A stretch of 64,000 bases of DNA from Candidatus Calditenuaceae archaeon HR02 (GCA_002898395.1 BEHE01000007.1:9048-73047), one strand, 5' to 3'. Counted from the first letter of the stretch, positions 1 to 9,906 are shown. The notes: generated by a model from the sequence alone, not told the origin. Numbers and translations: made by a program.

Positions 1-1
1 T

Positions 2-253
2 ATCGCAATACTTGACGAGACTGACTCAGGCCTCGACATAGATAGCGTAAAGATAGTGGCCGAATCTATTAAGAAGATAAATGGGGATAGGGGGACTGGC
101 TTCCTAGTCATAACCCACTATGCGAGGATACTAAACTATCTAAGGCCAGACGTAGTGCACGTCATGTACGATGGTAGGATAATAGCGTCTGGGGGCTTTG
201 AGTTGGCCGAGGAACTTGAGAGGAAGGGCTACGCGGCACTAAACACTACCTAA
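2..253 (+). CDS. sufC: FeS-cluster assembly ATPase SufC, C-terminal part (5' end lies outside the window)
   Basis: The reading frame is open from nt 2. The translation [25 protein letters not shown]...[11 protein letters not shown]...[26 protein letters not shown] matches the ABC Walker-B/D-loop region and the conserved SufC tail. Confidence 0.8.
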   Translation: MAILDETDSGLDIDSVKIVAESIKKINGDRGTGFLVITHYARILNYLRPDVVHVMYDGRIIASGGFELAEELERKGYAALNTT

Positions 254-897
254 TAGAAATTCACACTCTCTCTCAGATATCTAACAACCTCAGCGTCGGT
301 TACTTGTGCGAATTTTTCATAGAACTCGCCTACAGCGTAGAATTCCTCCTCCACATATGGGCAGACGACCTGGTCTACGAGGGGTCTGAGCTTGGATGCT
401 GCTGTGGTGGACGCCACCGGTGCTGAGGCTATCAGCCTTGAAGGATTCATCTTCTTGATAGACTTGACCGCAGCCACCATCGTCGTGCCCGTAGCCAAGC
501 CGTCGTCGATGACTGCCACAGTCTTCCCAGCCGGTTCTATGAACCCCCTGCCACCCCTATAACTCTCCGCCCGCCTCCGGAGGTCAGGAACATGCTCCGA
601 GGCCCGCTTCAACACTGCTTCTCTCGAGATCCCGTAAAAAGCCACCACCTCCTCCTCTATGGCCACGTCTCCGAACTCTGTGACAGCCGCTGCAGCAAGC
701 TCGGGGTTGAAGGGAGCCCCAATCTTCTTTACGACGATGACGTCGAGGGCGCAGCCGAGTCTTCGAGCCACAACGCCCGCAACCACGACTCCGCCCCGCG
801 CAATACCGTAAACCACTGAGTCGGGTCCCAGATACTCCCTCAACCCTTCAGCAAGCCTTAGGCCTGCGTCGAACCTATCACGGAAAATAACCCTCAA
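250..897 (-). CDS. Phosphoribosyltransferase-domain protein (type I PRTase fold)
   Basis: The PRPP-binding motif [14 protein letters not shown] is present and the length of 215 aa fits. Confidence 0.65.
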   Translation of the reverse strand: MRVIFRDRFDAGLRLAEGLREYLGPDSVVYGIARGGVVVAGVVARRLGCALDVIVVKKIGAPFNPELAAAAVTEFGDVAIEEEVVAFYGISREAVLKRASEHVPDLRRRAESYRGGRGFIEPAGKTVAVIDDGLATGTTMVAAVKSIKKMNPSRLIASAPVASTTAASKLRPLVDQVVCPYVEEEFYAVGEFYEKFAQVTDAEVVRYLRESVNFY

Positions 898-966
898 ACC
901 CCCCGTCCTAAAATCGAGATAATGTAAGTGGCATTTACACGTTTGTCGCGGCGGATCTATCCAACC

Positions 967-979
967 GTGTCTCAGACAC
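967..979. promoter_or_regulatory. 13-bp perfect palindrome GTGTCTCAGACAC in the divergent intergenic region between the PRTase gene and the oxidase operon
   Basis: Perfect dyad symmetry read directly from the sequence. It lies about 75 bp upstream of the coxII-like start, next to AT-rich TATA-like sequence (ttaatataagc). Confidence 0.25.
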
Positions 980-1054
980 GCGTAGTCTAATATTCCTATT
1001 AATATAAGCTAAGATAAAGCTAATATAGGGGCAATTTTCTATGAAGGGCCTGAA

Positions 1055-1609
1055 ATGCTGGGCACAGGATTTGGTGCGATACTGCTCCTTCTCTACCTCA
1101 CCTCACCCTTCCTTATCATCTTCACACTACTCATGCTGCTGGCTTTCAGGAGAGGTAGAGGGGTAGTCAGCGTTGGGCTGGGAGAAAGGAAGGCTCGGGC
1201 TATAGAGGTGGCCTGGCTAATAGGTGTAGGCTTGGCTTGGACAGTCATAAACCTGGTCAGCATACCCTGGCTCCCGTGGCTCCAGCCACTGGCCGCTACA
1301 ACTGGCCAGTCACCTTCAGAGCCTGCACAGGTCGTCAATGTTGAGGCCTTCATGTGGGGGTATACGCTCGACACCTATGAGGTCAGGACAGGTGCTGTAA
1401 AGTTTGTCTCCACCTCCCGAGACACGATCCACTCACTCACGATCTACTCGCCGCGGGGCGAAGTCCTCGCTACAGTGATGCTGATGCCAGGCATGAAGGA
1501 GGAGCTGGTCCTAAACCTGTGGGAGCCTGGAGAGTACATCATCAGGTGCCTAGAGTTTTGTGGTGACGGCCACTCAGCAATGCTCTCAAAGCTCAGGGTG
1601 ATGGGGTGA
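1055..1609 (+). CDS. Heme-copper oxidase subunit II (CuA cupredoxin domain) with N-terminal transmembrane helices
   Basis: The C-terminal motif is a canonical CuA site: H...CLEFCGDGHSAM, i.e. C-x-E-x-C-G-x2-H-x2-M. The N-terminus is hydrophobic. Confidence 0.75.
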   Translation: MLGTGFGAILLLLYLTSPFLIIFTLLMLLAFRRGRGVVSVGLGERKARAIEVAWLIGVGLAWTVINLVSIPWLPWLQPLAATTGQSPSEPAQVVNVEAFMWGYTLDTYEVRTGAVKFVSTSRDTIHSLTIYSPRGEVLATVMLMPGMKEELVLNLWEPGEYIIRCLEFCGDGHSAMLSKLRVMG

Positions 1610-1610
1610 G

Positions 1611-3083
1611 ATGCTCTCGCAAATTAGGCTTGAGGATCTGACGTTCTATCCGAGGCTGATGGTTCTCTCCGCTATTGCCTGGTTCTTCGCGGGCGGAGTA
1701 GCCGGGCTCACAATGGTGGTCGCACACCTTACAGGCGCGCTCAGGGTCCCGGACTACAACATGCTCCTCACATTCCACGGACTGGTGATGCCTTTCGGCG
1801 GCTTATTCCAGCTCATGATGGGTCTCTCACTCCTGAGGGCGGGCTTCTGCTACGGCAAACCTGTGAAAGGGGTTCTAGTAAGAGCCGCATACATCACCCT
1901 CAACTTAGGCCTAATCCTACTGCTCGCAGGCATTTTTGCATTCCAAGTGAGAACGAGCTATACTCTAATGTTCCCACTACCGGCTGCGGGCGTCTTCAAG
2001 GGGCTCTGGCCGCTGGAAGGTCTAATAGTTTTTGTGTGGGGCATCATCTTAATACTAGCCGTTAACATCGCCCTATACCCAGCGGCGCTTGCGAGGCTGA
2101 TCTTCGGTGGAAAGACACAAGAAGCCCTCGTGCTGGAGAGATTCGTGGGGACTATCAACCCCTCCGGGATGGCAAGCATGCTCCCCTACATCTTCATCAT
2201 CCCCCCTCTCGGCTCCGCAATCACCATAGGTGCACTGACAATAGGTCTCGCGCTACTCGGCATAATACCTCTGAGCTCGGCGGGCTGGGTATTGCAGCCC
2301 TTAAACTTCAACTATCCCTTCTGGATCTGGGCCCACAACCTGATGGAGGCGATGGGCATAATGGCTTTGGGCACCGTCTACTGGCTCACCCCCCGCTATA
2401 CAGCCGTGTTGGGAAGTTCTGAGGGTGTGGAGCCGAGGCTTTACAGCGAGAAGCTTGGCATCTTAGCGATTATATTCTATTCCGCCGCAGCGGTAATGGC
2501 CTTCCCACACCACCTATTCACAATGCCTACATCCCAGCCGGTGGGGCTTAGCTACACGGGCCAGGTAGCCAGCTGGCTGACAGGGTTCGGGGCGGCCTTC
2601 TCCGTCTTCAACGTACTCGCAACCGCATACGCCTTCGGCCTGAGGCTCACGCCCGCCTCTCTAGCAGCCATGCTCGGGTTTGCGGTCTACATAGTCGACG
2701 GATTCCTCGCGATGCAGCTGGGGACAATCGGCTGGGCGTACAGGCTTCACGGAACCTACGCAGTAACCGCTCACCTCATGACGATACTCCTCGCTGTATC
2801 TCTAGTCTGGATAGGCGCACTCTATCACAGCTACAGACTCCTCTTCGGCACTGATGTAAACAGGAGGCTCGCATACATCCATATCGTGTTGACAGCTGTG
2901 GCGGCGCTAGGCCTGTTTTATTTCATGGCCTTTATGGGAGGTTCTGGAGTCCCTAGAAGGGCCTACCCGCTTCCAATAGCCAGCGATGCAGGAGTGTTGG
3001 GTCTTGTGGGCTTTGGAGCAATTCTAGCAGCGGCCCAGACCATCTTCCTATTCCAGCTCTTTAAATCCCTGAAGGCAACATAG
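1611..3083 (+). CDS. Heme-copper oxidase superfamily subunit I-like polytopic membrane protein (divergent, 490 aa)
   Basis: About 12 predicted transmembrane segments. His-containing motifs FHGLVMPFGG (TM2-like) and FPHHLFTMP (the CuB HH pair) are present. It directly follows the CuA subunit, with start and stop overlapping. A GHPEVY-type motif and the TM10 H-x-H pair are not obvious. Confidence 0.55.
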   Translation: MLSQIRLEDLTFYPRLMVLSAIAWFFAGGVAGLTMVVAHLTGALRVPDYNMLLTFHGLVMPFGGLFQLMMGLSLLRAGFCYGKPVKGVLVRAAYITLNLGLILLLAGIFAFQVRTSYTLMFPLPAAGVFKGLWPLEGLIVFVWGIILILAVNIALYPAALARLIFGGKTQEALVLERFVGTINPSGMASMLPYIFIIPPLGSAITIGALTIGLALLGIIPLSSAGWVLQPLNFNYPFWIWAHNLMEAMGIMALGTVYWLTPRYTAVLGSSEGVEPRLYSEKLGILAIIFYSAAAVMAFPHHLFTMPTSQPVGLSYTGQVASWLTGFGAAFSVFNVLATAYAFGLRLTPASLAAMLGFAVYIVDGFLAMQLGTIGWAYRLHGTYAVTAHLMTILLAVSLVWIGALYHSYRLLFGTDVNRRLAYIHIVLTAVAALGLFYFMAFMGGSGVPRRAYPLPIASDAGVLGLVGFGAILAAAQTIFLFQLFKSLKAT

Positions 3084-3132
3084 ACAGGCGCGACATGGTA
3101 TAGGGCAAACAGTCTGACCCACACTCAACCAC

Positions 3133-4350
3133 TCACTCGAGGCTGTGCATCATCCGGAGTGCCATTACTATGCCGCCCAGATATAGGGCAGAGATGGCAA
3201 TTGTTGCGAGTGGTGTGCCAGGCGACCCGGCTAGGAACCAGGAGACCCTTAGCACGTTGCCGGCGTTGAGAAGGGCTGCAGGGTATAGTGTGAGGCCGGC
3301 GTAAGGGATTCTCGCCGACATTAGTCCAGGCATCAGTATTGGCGCGTAGGCGAGGATCATGTTGCCTATAAACCCGATGGCTATAGAGTGTATGTATGCG
3401 TCCCTGAGAGTGTACCATAGCGGATGCGCCAGCAGCAGGCTGACCGAACTCGACGCAGATAAGAGACACCCTGCTAAAAGCCAGATTGACGCAACCCTGT
3501 ACAGCGCCGAGAAGTATAGATACCTGACCCTATCCCTTTCCCTCATCCGCGCGTACTGCTCGCCTGACTTGACCCGTCTGAGGGCGTCGACAGAAACCAC
3601 CCAGACAGCCGATGCCAGCAGATACCCTACGGATGCGGCCAGCTCCAGGGACTCGCTGTGAAGGAGTGCCGCTGCCGAGGCCGCTGCAGAGGATGCTGTG
3701 TGTAGTGGGGTGACCAGCCACCAAGCCCTCCTCCTCAGTTTAGTGTCCACCCGGAAGTGGACCGTCCTTATCCCAACACCCATTACCATTCCAGCTGGAG
3801 CACCTAAGAGGAGTATCAGTAGTAGGCCTGGTCTGCCGAAGGCATGAGCGCTCTCAAGCTCAGCGAAAATTGTTAGGGCTAAGGAGAGAGGCATAAGTGT
3901 CATCGACGCAGATATGAGTGGGTCGGCTGCGGCCAGAGGGCCGGAGGGCCTACCCAGCGCCCATACGGAATAGAAGGCTGCAGAGGATGTACCTGCTAGA
4001 GCAGCTAGATAGCTGAAGAGCCAGGCCACAGTACCTGGCTCCGCAAAAGTGAAAAACCATACACCTACGGTCATGACTATGAGGGAAAAGACCCTGAGGC
4101 CGAGATAACTCGAGGGTTCCACGTTTTTGAAGCGCTGGACAAGAACCATCGCCACAGAGACTATGAAAACGTAGACGAATCCAAAGATCATTAGTTTGGG
4201 GTGTACCAGTGCTGACGGAGTGAAGGGTAGGGCGCCTGAGAGTGAGAGAAGCCACACCGCACCTAGAACAGCCCCTAGAACGCCGCTAATTGTTGCAAAA
4301 GACACCCCAAGTATGAGTACTAGTCGGGCAGACCGGAGTCTCTGCTCCAA
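3133..4350 (-). CDS. Polytopic membrane protein, function unknown, convergent with the oxidase genes
   Basis: A 405-aa ORF that is strongly hydrophobic with more than 10 predicted transmembrane helices. I recognise no family motif. Confidence 0.4.
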   Translation of the reverse strand: MEQRLRSARLVLILGVSFATISGVLGAVLGAVWLLSLSGALPFTPSALVHPKLMIFGFVYVFIVSVAMVLVQRFKNVEPSSYLGLRVFSLIVMTVGVWFFTFAEPGTVAWLFSYLAALAGTSSAAFYSVWALGRPSGPLAAADPLISASMTLMPLSLALTIFAELESAHAFGRPGLLLILLLGAPAGMVMGVGIRTVHFRVDTKLRRRAWWLVTPLHTASSAAASAAALLHSESLELAASVGYLLASAVWVVSVDALRRVKSGEQYARMRERDRVRYLYFSALYRVASIWLLAGCLLSASSSVSLLLAHPLWYTLRDAYIHSIAIGFIGNMILAYAPILMPGLMSARIPYAGLTLYPAALLNAGNVLRVSWFLAGSPGTPLATIAISALYLGGIVMALRMMHSLE

Positions 4351-4512
4351 AGCCCTGAGAAGTTAGTTCTCGTCGTTAAAATAAACCTAGACCAACCCGC
4401 GTATGGTGTGATGCTTCGCCTCCTGAAATCTCGCCTAAGCATCTGTAAGCGCGGTAGAGTGGGCCAACTATTATTATAAACCTCTGCTCACTTTTCACTC
4501 TAAGGTGTCGTT

Positions 4513-5772
4513 ATGTGTGACATCCTCGTAGCAACGCCTAAGGCTACCAGGGAGAAGGTGATGCTATTCGCAAAAAACTCTGACAGAGACCCTAATGAGG
4601 CTCAGCTCCTAGAGCTAATCCCTAGGAAGAGGCATGAGGAGGGTGAGGTTAGGCTAACCTACGTCCAATACCCACAGGCGGGGGAGACGTATTCGATAAT
4701 TATATCGCGCCCCTGGTGGACGTGGGGTGCTGAAATGGGTGTAAATGAGCTCGGCCTAGCCATAGGGAATACAGCCATCTTTAGCAGAGAGAAGATCCCC
4801 GAGAAGGGAATACTCGGAATGGATATTGTGAGACTGGCCCTAGAGCGTTCTAGAAATTCTGAAGAGGCTTTAAAACTCATAACAGAAATCGTGGATAATC
4901 AGGGCGGGAGCGGGAGCTACGAGCACAGGCTAATCTACAGCAACTCGTTCATCATAGCGGACCCAAGGGAGGCGTGGGTGCTGGAGACGGCTGGCCGACA
5001 CTGGGCCGCCAAGAAAATTGAGGGAGTATATTCAATATCTAATGCGCTGACAATAGAGGATGACTGGGATGTTGCCTCCGAGAGTGTAGAGAGTCTTGCT
5101 AGGAAGGGTGGCTTCAGCTTCGCCAAACACTTCTCCGACAGATTCTACACATACTTCGCCCACGGGAGGGATAGAAGGGCCTTTACCTATAGGAGGCTTA
5201 GGGAGAAGGAAGGCGACATAACAATAGAATACATGATGTCTATTTTGAGGTCTCACTCTCTCGAGCCCTACTCGCCCCATAAAGGGTCGATGAGAGATGT
5301 CTGTATGCACTATGGCGGATTAACGAGGCCGAGTCAGACCGCCGCATCCCAGCTATCTGAGCTGGGAGAGGCAGGAATTCACTGGTTTACTGGAACATCA
5401 CTACCTTGCCTAAGCATATTCAAGCCCCTTAACTTTAACACAGAGCCACTTCCCATGGGAGAGAATCCAACAAACAAATACAATCCCAACAACTACTGGT
5501 GGAGGGTCGAGCGCTTCCACAGGAAGTTCCAAACCAACTACACTCACATGCACCAGTTCTCGATAGAGAGGGATGAGCAGCAAAGAATGGTGCTGGAGGC
5601 TGTCCAAGAATTTAGAGGAGGCGCCGACCTCTCCACGCCCCTCAGACTGGCCTTAGAGAAGGAGAGGGAGCTGATAGAGAGGTGGGATAAGATGATAACC
5701 CCCACCAGACAGCCCTTCCCATACAATATCTGGTGGCGAAAAGTGAACAAACGGGCCCATATTGTAATCTAG
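4513..5772 (+). CDS. Secernin-like peptidase C69 family (Ntn-hydrolase, Cys2 nucleophile)
   Basis: MCDILVA at the N-terminus. Extended similarity to secernin/C69: FAKNSDRDPNE, ISRPWWTWGAEMGVNELGLAIGN, GMDIVRLALER, GGSGSY, DPREAWVLETAGRHWAAKKIEGV, HWFTGTSLPCLSIFKP. Confidence 0.7.
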   Translation: MCDILVATPKATREKVMLFAKNSDRDPNEAQLLELIPRKRHEEGEVRLTYVQYPQAGETYSIIISRPWWTWGAEMGVNELGLAIGNTAIFSREKIPEKGILGMDIVRLALERSRNSEEALKLITEIVDNQGGSGSYEHRLIYSNSFIIADPREAWVLETAGRHWAAKKIEGVYSISNALTIEDDWDVASESVESLARKGGFSFAKHFSDRFYTYFAHGRDRRAFTYRRLREKEGDITIEYMMSILRSHSLEPYSPHKGSMRDVCMHYGGLTRPSQTAASQLSELGEAGIHWFTGTSLPCLSIFKPLNFNTEPLPMGENPTNKYNPNNYWWRVERFHRKFQTNYTHMHQFSIERDEQQRMVLEAVQEFRGGADLSTPLRLALEKERELIERWDKMITPTRQPFPYNIWWRKVNKRAHIVI

Positions 5773-5829
5773 CCTCCTAAATTCTTCTCTCTTAGGAGTT
5801 GAGACATGCCGGCCTAGTCGGTGTGTTTT

Positions 5830-7128
5830 TCAGCCGGGCTGTCCCCTGAGTTTCTCGGCCCTCTCCCTCATCAACCTCCTCAACTCGCTGATATCCCTAG
5901 GTATAACGAGTGCAAGCACCGTGAAGAAGACTCCACAAACAATCCATGTGGAAGAGGATATGTAGAGTATTCCAAACCCTAGGCCGTAAACGTCGGCCAG
6001 ATATCCGGCTATAAGTGGTGCTGTCGACGAGCCTGCGGACTCGAATATAGAGAGGAGAGAGTATGCCGAGCTCCTCGCCTCGGGCTGTGTTATGTCTGTG
6101 ACCGATGCGGCTACGTTTGGACCTGCCATCGGCAGAATGAATGAGGTTACCGTCCCCAAAATTATGAACCCATTGACATCTTCAACGGGCCATGTCAATG
6201 TGATGTAGATGGTTAGTGCGGACAGAAACACGACTACTGCACCCACTATCGCGCGCCCACTAGGTATCCTTGAGAAAAGAGCGTCGCCAATAGCACCTCC
6301 AGCGAAATTACCTAAGATCATTACAACCAACCATATGAACATGGCGAAGAGTGCCGTCACTTCATCAAACATTCTCTCCCTCAACATGTATGTGAAAACC
6401 CACGCTTGGAGTGTTGTCCAGGGAAAAACGCCGAAGAAGCCCTGTAGGCTGAGGAACATCATCGACGGCTTCTTCAGCGGGCCAAATATTTCTTTAAACC
6501 TTATTTTGTATAACTCCTCCTTTATTGTCAGGCCTGTTAGCTCAGGTTCTGAGCTTCCCCTCGGCACATCCTTTACAGCAAAGTATACGATTGCTGCAGT
6601 CAATATGCCTAGGCCCCCAGTTATCAGGAAGAGGAATCTCCAACCATACGCGTAGCCTATCAAGACTCCGAGGGTTGTCCCTACCAATGCTCCGGTTGCG
6701 CCCGTTGCTCCGATAAGCCCGAGAGGCTTACCCCTTTTCTTCGGGAGGAAGTAGTCGCTTATCAGACTCTCAATGCCGGATGGAGGTGTGTTGTCTATCC
6801 CTGTCAACGTCCTTGTTACAAAGAATTCTGCGAAGCTTCGTGGCAGTGTATTGAGCCATGTAGTGAATCCCCAGATGACGCCTGCGATGCTTATCAGGAG
6901 CCTCCTCGAATACCTGTCAAAGAGATACCCCCAGACAGGGTAGAGAGAAACGGATAGGACGGCGGTGGCCGTTATTAGCGCACCGCCATAAACATACGTG
7001 ATCTGGAACTCGTCCAAGATTTGAGGAAAGACAACCGAGATAACATAGATATCAGCGATGTGAAGAGATTGAAAGATGAACAGGATAATCGCCACAAACC
7101 AAGCATACTTTAAAGAATATTGGGGCAT
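5830..7128 (-). CDS. MFS transporter
   Basis: 432 aa with 12 hydrophobic segments, MFS-like loop motifs and a basic cytoplasmic tail. Confidence 0.65.
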   Translation of the reverse strand: MPQYSLKYAWFVAIILFIFQSLHIADIYVISVVFPQILDEFQITYVYGGALITATAVLSVSLYPVWGYLFDRYSRRLLISIAGVIWGFTTWLNTLPRSFAEFFVTRTLTGIDNTPPSGIESLISDYFLPKKRGKPLGLIGATGATGALVGTTLGVLIGYAYGWRFLFLITGGLGILTAAIVYFAVKDVPRGSSEPELTGLTIKEELYKIRFKEIFGPLKKPSMMFLSLQGFFGVFPWTTLQAWVFTYMLRERMFDEVTALFAMFIWLVVMILGNFAGGAIGDALFSRIPSGRAIVGAVVVFLSALTIYITLTWPVEDVNGFIILGTVTSFILPMAGPNVAASVTDITQPEARSSAYSLLSIFESAGSSTAPLIAGYLADVYGLGFGILYISSSTWIVCGVFFTVLALVIPRDISELRRLMRERAEKLRGQPG

Positions 7129-7598
7129 ACGCGGACATTAGTGAGCTTCTTATAGTCCTGTATAAGGCTTACCTCACATAATGCAAACAACATCAAGAGG
7201 AGATGGCGTCCCCGCGGCCCGAATTAAATAAAGAATGTCAAAAAAGTATTACCCGAGTAAGTTTTCTAAGTTTAGAAGCATATTTAGTATTGAGCTATTA
7301 GCTATAGTCAGCGACAATGGAGTTGCCAAACCAACGTTATCAAATGTAATAGCGGAGATTTACCTAGACAATCTTCAGGACGCTCAGACAAAGTCGGGAG
7401 AATAAGTACAATAGATTATAACATAACAGAACGGCCTTATCAAAAATCAGATAAATACTCATCACCAGCCATGCCTCGGCCTAGCGGCATAGATAAAAAG
7501 CAATCCACCTACCGTATGGATGGGTGCTCTAGCGAGTGAAACATAACGCAGGGGTCTTCAGCCGAAGCGGTGGAGAGAGCCCTTCACAGTACTTCTCC

Positions 7599-8459
7599 TT
7601 ATTGGCTGGTTGAAGCCCTACTCCTGATGGGTCGTTTGATGAACGCTGAGGCTACACTGATGGAGTCTAGCGTCTCCCGGATGTTGTGGGTTCTGACGAT
7701 GTCGGCTCCCTGGAGTACTGCTATGGTCTCTGCGGCCAACGATCCGGACAGCCTGTCAGCAGGATCTGTCTTTCCCGTTATCTTGCCTATGAAGCTCTTC
7801 CTCGAGCACCCTATCAGTACGGGGCGCCCGAGGGCCTTGACCTCCCCTAGCCTCCTCAGGACCTCGAGGTCGAACTCGTACCATTTCAGCGACTTGTGAC
7901 TCCGGTGGAACCCGATGCCAGGGTCGACGATAAGCATCTCCTCGGACATGCCGGCCTCAAGGGCCAGGGAGATGGAGCCCCTCAGCATCGACGTTATGCC
8001 CACGATGGGATCACCCGACTTGACGTTCCTGGCCATAATAATCAGGGAGGCTCCGCTGTCAACTATATCGCGGATCACACCCTTCAGATAAGCTAGCCCG
8101 TAGACATCATTGACCGCGTCGACTCCGAGTCTCAGCCCTTCGAGGACTGGCTTCGGCCTGAAGGAGTCGAGTGAGATTGGGAGGTCCGTCACTTCTCTTA
8201 CAGCCTTCAGGGCCATCCTGACTCTCTCGACCTCTAGGTCCTCATCTATCCAGGTCTCGAGGTAGGGGGCGGACGACATAGCGCCTATGTCAATGAGGTC
8301 GGCGCCTTCCTCCTCCATCTCAGCAGCGGCCCTTGATACTTCCTCAGGAGTTAATCTCACGGAGCCCTTGTAGAAGGACTCGGGGCTGACATTGATGACT
8401 CCCATAACCCTGACGGGGAGTCCTTCGCCGATCTCAAGCCCTCCTATCCTCGCCTTCAC
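7599..8459 (-). CDS. folP: Dihydropteroate synthase (pterin-binding domain)
   Basis: Similar across the pterin-binding TIM barrel: VMGVINVSPESFYKG...GADLIDIGA...DSF...LIIMA...DPGIGF...IGCSRKSFIG. Confidence 0.8.
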   Translation of the reverse strand: MKARIGGLEIGEGLPVRVMGVINVSPESFYKGSVRLTPEEVSRAAAEMEEEGADLIDIGAMSSAPYLETWIDEDLEVERVRMALKAVREVTDLPISLDSFRPKPVLEGLRLGVDAVNDVYGLAYLKGVIRDIVDSGASLIIMARNVKSGDPIVGITSMLRGSISLALEAGMSEEMLIVDPGIGFHRSHKSLKWYEFDLEVLRRLGEVKALGRPVLIGCSRKSFIGKITGKTDPADRLSGSLAAETIAVLQGADIVRTHNIRETLDSISVASAFIKRPIRSRASTSQ

Positions 8460-8646
8460 GTAGGATAAATTCTGTTAGACGCGTATTTCGGGCTTACCAT
8501 ACAGCTCAGAGGCACTATTAGACTCGGAGTTTGTCAAGGACTTGGGGACGATTATTAAAGCAAATCCCTACTCTACATAGAGCCTGTCAAGTCAGCATAA
8601 AGTAATGCAAGGCCTCGCCTTTACAAAATCCGTACGCACCCTTTTT

Positions 8647-8953
8647 GGGGGCGTGCGGCCCGTAGCCCTCCTTCTGTTTTAGGCGGGATTGGTCTTCTCG
8701 GCTCTCCGCGGGCCTCGCCGGCGCTTCTCATCGGCCCGGCGCGCCTTTCCCCGTCAGGGTCGCCCGTTTCATCCATTCTCCACCACTCGTCGCCGCCTCT
8801 GGTTGGCGGGTCAACCTCATCTGCGGTGGAGGGGTCTCGTTTCTGTGGCGTTGCCGTGGGTCTCCCCGCCCACCTCGCGGTGGCTGACTGCACCGGTTGG
8901 GGGGAGGAACTTCCTCGGGAGCTACCCCGTGGCCCGCCCGGCCGCTCGCCCCC
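8647..8953. ncRNA. GC-rich (about 70%) block of about 307 nt closed by a terminal stem; candidate structured RNA, identity and strand unknown
   Basis: The 5' end GGGGGCGTGCGGCC can pair with the 3' end GGCCGCTCGCCCCC. There are internal long stems such as CTCCACC...GGTGGAG. The only ORFs are low-complexity Arg/Pro-rich ones overlapping on both strands. The block sits in a 520-bp gap between folP and xdhC. Confidence 0.3.
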
Positions 8954-8979
8954 AATAAAGAAGATGGGCGGGGAAGGGT

Positions 8980-9906
8980 TTATTCCTTGTCTTTGAGGGC
9001 AGTGGTGGTGCTGTCGCAAGATACGTTACTTAGAGATATTGCTGTCTCGGTCTCCTGGCTTGTCTGGGTCAGGCCGGCCTCGGCCTTCCTGGCCACAGGT
9101 ACACCCCTAATTCTCGCCACCACCTCGGCCAATATTGAAAGAGCTATCTCCTCCGGCATCTTCGCGCCTATATCGATACCCGCGGGCGAGCTTATCCTTG
9201 CTATGAACTCTTCACGCACCCCCCTCTCCCTGAGAAGCTCCAGATTCCGCAGAGCCCTCTTCCTACTGGCCATCAGCCCCAAATAGAGTGGTGTCTTCCC
9301 CGAGATGGCCTCGAGGACCTTAACATCCCTCTCCCCCTTAGTCAAGACTACGACGCAGTCCCGGGGCCCTATCTCCAGTTTGGAGAGGTCGAAGTCTATA
9401 TCTGATATCAGCCTGTCAGGCTCCGCCTCCAACATAGGCATAGGGTCGATGACCCAGACCTCGAAGCCTAGGATCTTCCCAATCCTGACCAGGGCCTCCT
9501 CCACATCATCCTTCCCTCCCTGGCCTATGATGAATAGACGCCTCGCAGGCGTAATCGGGTCGACAAAGATCTCCATAGTACCTCCACAGAAGGTCTCGAC
9601 GAATATCTCATCCCTGCTACCCGAGGTGGCCATACCCCTCACAGCCTCCTCTGTGCTCTCGAGATGCACCTTAACCAGCCTAGGCTCCTCCTCCCTTATA
9701 CACTCTAATGCTATAGAGATGATAGGGCCCTCTGGACAGACTCCCCCCAGAGTCCCATAGACAATCTCCCCCTTATCATCAACCACCATTTTAAACCCTG
9801 GCTTCCCCAGGCTTGAGCCGGAAACCCGAACAACCGTAGCGACAGCATAAGGGCGCCGCTCAGCCTCAAGCCTAGAGAGAGCCTCACCCAGAGACCTATA
9901 TGGCAT
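8980..9906 (-). CDS. XdhC/CoxI-family accessory protein (molybdenum-cofactor insertion chaperone-like)
   Basis: An N-terminal XdhC_CoxI-like segment (YAVATVV...GSSLGKPGFKMVV) and a C-terminal Rossmann-like segment (RLFIIGQGG...VWVIDP). Confidence 0.6.
   Translation of the reverse strand: MPYRSLGEALSRLEAERRPYAVATVVRVSGSSLGKPGFKMVVDDKGEIVYGTLGGVCPEGPIISIALECIREEEPRLVKVHLESTEEAVRGMATSGSRDEIFVETFCGGTMEIFVDPITPARRLFIIGQGGKDDVEEALVRIGKILGFEVWVIDPMPMLEAEPDRLISDIDFDLSKLEIGPRDCVVVLTKGERDVKVLEAISGKTPLYLGLMASRKRALRNLELLRERGVREEFIARISSPAGIDIGAKMPEEIALSILAEVVARIRGVPVARKAEAGLTQTSQETETAISLSNVSCDSTTTALKDKE

Noticed and set aside
8647-8953. Tried to call the GC-rich block as SRP RNA or RNase P RNA
   Set aside because: I could not find the SRP helix-8 GGAAGCAGCC or helix-6 motifs, nor the RNase P P4 strands in the right order, on either strand. 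The identity is left open.
8621-9286. Overlapping ORFs on both strands (132, 89, 75 and 129 aa) in the GC-rich block
   Set aside because: The translations are low-complexity Arg/Pro/Gly and the ORFs overlap one another in several frames. The region is treated as a non-coding structured-RNA candidate instead.
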